From a virus: DNA of 64,000 nucleotides. The DNA lies in IMG/VR virus record IMGVR_UViG_3300032516_000005. The stretch is one strand, 5' to 3'. Each line of letters starts with the position of its first letter. Position 1 is the stretch's first letter. The notes under the pieces were generated by a model. That model saw only the letters and a program-made list of their open reading frames with translations. It made no database searches and had not been told where the DNA came from. The translations under genes and the position numbers were made by a program. Shown piece by piece: positions 61,442 through 64,000 of this stretch.

Positions 61442-62095
61442 TCACTTGGTCGACTCCTTGTGCTTGGCCCACTCGGCGATGCCGCGGTCCGTGGCGTAGA
61501 TCTCGCGAACGTCTTGGTAGCTCGACCCGCCGACGAGACCGAGCTTGGACAGGCGCAGGTACGCGGCCTCTTCGTCGCCGTCTTCGACAGGCCAACGGAA
61601 CTTCTTGCTCTTGACGCTGCGTTTGCCGTTCTCGACGAGCGAGCCAAGCAGCTTGATTGCGTCGTGGTCACCGGGAAGCAGCCAGAACGGTAGCGTCGAG
61701 ATCAGGATCTCGCGACCACACGTTGGGCACGGCTTGATCGCCGTCCCCGTACCGTGTTGTGCGTACAACTCACGCGTCGCAGGTGTCGCCGTGTCGCACT
61801 GCTGACAGGCGAAGTACTTGCCGCTGTCGAGCAGGTTCGCGTAACTTCGAAAGTTGTCGTCGGCGGTGAGCCGGCGTTCGCCTGCTTCACGCAGCTTCGC
61901 TTCGATCACCCAGCGTGGTGCCTGGTCGACGATCTCGTAATCGATGCCGCTGTACTTGTCCGAGTGGTTGTACTCCTCGGCCAGCTCGCGGATGACGTCT
62001 TCCGCTTCGTCAGCAGTGACACTACCGTCGACGAGCTGCCATTGCCAGGCGCTGCGGCCCGACGAGAACTTGTGCTGGTACTTGAGCCACTTCAT
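61442..62095 (-). CDS. Zn-ribbon hypothetical protein
   Basis: CQQC...CPTCG; winged-helix-like end. Confidence 0.65.
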   Translation of the reverse strand: MKWLKYQHKFSSGRSAWQWQLVDGSVTADEAEDVIRELAEEYNHSDKYSGIDYEIVDQAPRWVIEAKLREAGERRLTADDNFRSYANLLDSGKYFACQQCDTATPATRELYAQHGTGTAIKPCPTCGREILISTLPFWLLPGDHDAIKLLGSLVENGKRSVKSKKFRWPVEDGDEEAAYLRLSKLGLVGGSSYQDVREIYATDRGIAEWAKHKESTK

Positions 62096-62283
62096 CCTGG
62101 CGCACGCCATTCGCGGATCAGGTCCAGCAAGATCGCTGGATCGATGTTGTCACGCAGCTTGTGCAGCGCATCGACGGCGCGCTCACGCATGGTGGTTCCA
62201 TTAGCCGCGCCAATGGCCGCACGAATCGCCTCGCGTGCGAGGCTCTCCCAACGCGCTACACGTTCCTTGTCGTCGTCGGTCAT
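62092..62283 (-). CDS. Small hypothetical protein
   Basis: IDPAILLDLI; coupled. Confidence 0.55.
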   Translation of the reverse strand: MTDDDKERVARWESLAREAIRAAIGAANGTTMRERAVDALHKLRDNIDPAILLDLIREWRAPG

Positions 62284-62573
62284 GGAATCGCCTTTGCCTT
62301 GACCATGCCCGTCGCACGCATGACCCAGGTCTGAAGCTCCTTGAGCGGCTCGGGCAGCATCGACCGCCGCACGCTCGCAAACGCATCTTCGATGGCGATC
62401 GCTTCGGTTCGGCCCCGGCCAATGTGTGCACCGGTCGCGTGATGCGCGAGCGCGCCACGTACGCCACCGCCGAGATCCGCAAAAATCTGCAGACCTGTGA
62501 TGCCCAGCATCGCGCGCTGCACGGCCAGTTCGCCTAGTGTGGTCTGTTCAGTGATCTTTTTGGGGTCGGTCAC
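62280..62573 (-). CDS. Hypothetical protein
   Basis: Coupled; GRGRTEAIAIEDAF. Confidence 0.55.
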   Translation of the reverse strand: MTDPKKITEQTTLGELAVQRAMLGITGLQIFADLGGGVRGALAHHATGAHIGRGRTEAIAIEDAFASVRRSMLPEPLKELQTWVMRATGMVKAKAIP

Positions 62574-62769
62574 TTGCACACCATCCACTTGCAGGTCGAA
62601 CAGTCCTCGCCGGGATCCTGCGCCCCGAGCCGGCGACCGCAGCGGCAGTAGCGCACGGTCTGGACGGGCTGAGGCAGGTCCAGTGGAGGAGTCTTCGGGT
62701 TCAGCATCACCTGTCGTTTGTAACGCGCCGATTTAGACAAGTCAAGAGCATCGTCGCAACAGCGATCGC

Positions 62770-63147
62770 CTACTGTTTACCGTCGAAGAGTCCCATTCTC
62801 TCGGCGAGTTTGCGCAGTACGTGGCAGGCGTCGGTGCGGCAGAGTGCTGGCATGCTGAACAAGTCTTCGCATTCGTCGTCGTCGATCACGACCAGGCGCC
62901 AGCGCCCTCGACGACCGCTCCACGCGAGCTTGCCCCACGGCGGAAATGGAACGGCAACGGGGCGCCCCGCCGTGTACCGCTCGCGGAATACACGTTCGGT
63001 GCGCGCAAGCGACTGCCCGATCGCGTCGTCGAGCTGGTCAATCCTGCGCTGACCTTCGATGATCCCACGCACGACGTCGTGCAGTGGCGGCGAACCTGGC
63101 GGTGGAACGTACGGCTCGATCTTGCGCTTGCGGCGTGGCGGCATCAC
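62770..63147 (-). CDS. Hypothetical protein
   Basis: GAGGA RBS; coupled. Confidence 0.6.
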   Translation of the reverse strand: MMPPRRKRKIEPYVPPPGSPPLHDVVRGIIEGQRRIDQLDDAIGQSLARTERVFRERYTAGRPVAVPFPPWGKLAWSGRRGRWRLVVIDDDECEDLFSMPALCRTDACHVLRKLAERMGLFDGKQ

Positions 63148-63890
63148 GTCCTCGCGAACCCAGCCTCGCGCTTGGCCTTCGTCCGGTTGTCGACCGGGAT
63201 GAACTCGATGAAGTAACTGCCCGCATCGCAGATCGCGTCGTAGATTTCACGGACGGCACGCGCACCGATCGCTCCTGCGATCTGTTGGTAGGGCAAATTC
63301 GCGAGCCAGAAGATCTGCTCGTCGGTCGCGCACGTGCCGTCAGGCTGGCCGAGCAAGCCGCCGACGAACGTCGCGACGTCGGGGCTGAGCTTGAGCGTCA
63401 GGCGCTTGGCATTCTTCTTCGGCTTGGGGACGGGCTTCGAACGGCATACGGCGGCGCGCCACTTGTTGCCGCCCTCGTCGTACGGCCACGGCTCAAGCGC
63501 ATAGTTCCAGCAGTTGTCTGCAGGACCGCGCTCGCCGTGCTCTTCGCTGAGCAGGCCGCAGGTCTTGCACGGCACGATGTTCCAGTCGTCTGGCTCGTAC
63601 CCGTTGTAGAGGTACGGCGTGACCGCCTCGAATGCCCAGCGCGTCGGATCGACGACAAGGCCTTCGTCTTGAACGTAGATCCAACCGTGCGGCGTGAAGC
63701 CTAGCCTCGCGCGATCAGCAAAGTGACTGTGCGGCGAGATCGGGCCGAGCCAGTGACCGTAGACGGCCGCGCCGCCAGGCACGAGCTTGGCCTCGACGAT
63801 CTTGACCGCGATCTCGTAGCACCGCGCGACCCAGGCTTTTGCCGGCTCGCCAATCGCCTTCTCACAGGCCTGGAGCGTCAACGGCTTCAT
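63144..63890 (-). CDS. Papain/transglutaminase-like fold candidate
   Basis: RCYE...HGW...VVDPT gives a Cys-His-Asp order; ORF solid, fold tentative. Confidence 0.5.
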   Translation of the reverse strand: MKPLTLQACEKAIGEPAKAWVARCYEIAVKIVEAKLVPGGAAVYGHWLGPISPHSHFADRARLGFTPHGWIYVQDEGLVVDPTRWAFEAVTPYLYNGYEPDDWNIVPCKTCGLLSEEHGERGPADNCWNYALEPWPYDEGGNKWRAAVCRSKPVPKPKKNAKRLTLKLSPDVATFVGGLLGQPDGTCATDEQIFWLANLPYQQIAGAIGARAVREIYDAICDAGSYFIEFIPVDNRTKAKREAGFART

Positions 63891-64000
63891 CGCGGGAAGT
63901 GCTTGTCCAAGAGGGCGCGTGCTTCAGCCTCACGGCCGATAGGGCAGTCGATCTCGATGTGAACGTCGTCGTGGGTAACGCCTACGACATGCGGCTTCGC

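Overview
GC-rich (roughly 65% by eye), gene-dense viral DNA with no cellular housekeeping genes. I recognised no HK97 capsid, portal, terminase or tail genes. The window reads best as part of an unusually large (>64 kb) tailless, probably membrane-containing bacterial virus, tentatively infecting Myxococcota. It carries two candidate single-jelly-roll capsid genes (27565-28314, 35082-35618), about 25 small or mosaic membrane-anchored putative virion proteins, spike-like proteins, a GH25 endolysin with a holin candidate, dCTP deaminase, an atypical tRNA-Val, HNH/LAGLIDADG/GIY-YIG endonucleases, a tyrosine recombinase lacking its catalytic Tyr, and blocks of short minus-strand 'early' genes. Most striking: (1) a recurrent (G/N/S/A)-[FLM]-G motif at domain boundaries of most putative virion proteins, alongside a membrane-anchored transglutaminase-like Cys-His-Asp protease, a thioredoxin and a dual-specificity phosphatase, i.e. 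a candidate virion maturation system reminiscent of adeno/poxviruses; (2) a 16-bp palindrome GATCGC-N4-GCGATC at the promoters of most structural transcription units, many of which look leaderless; (3) a second, ECF-sigma-like promoter motif; (4) three unrelated hydrolases sharing one membrane anchor. All family assignments come from motif recognition by eye; no database search was run.
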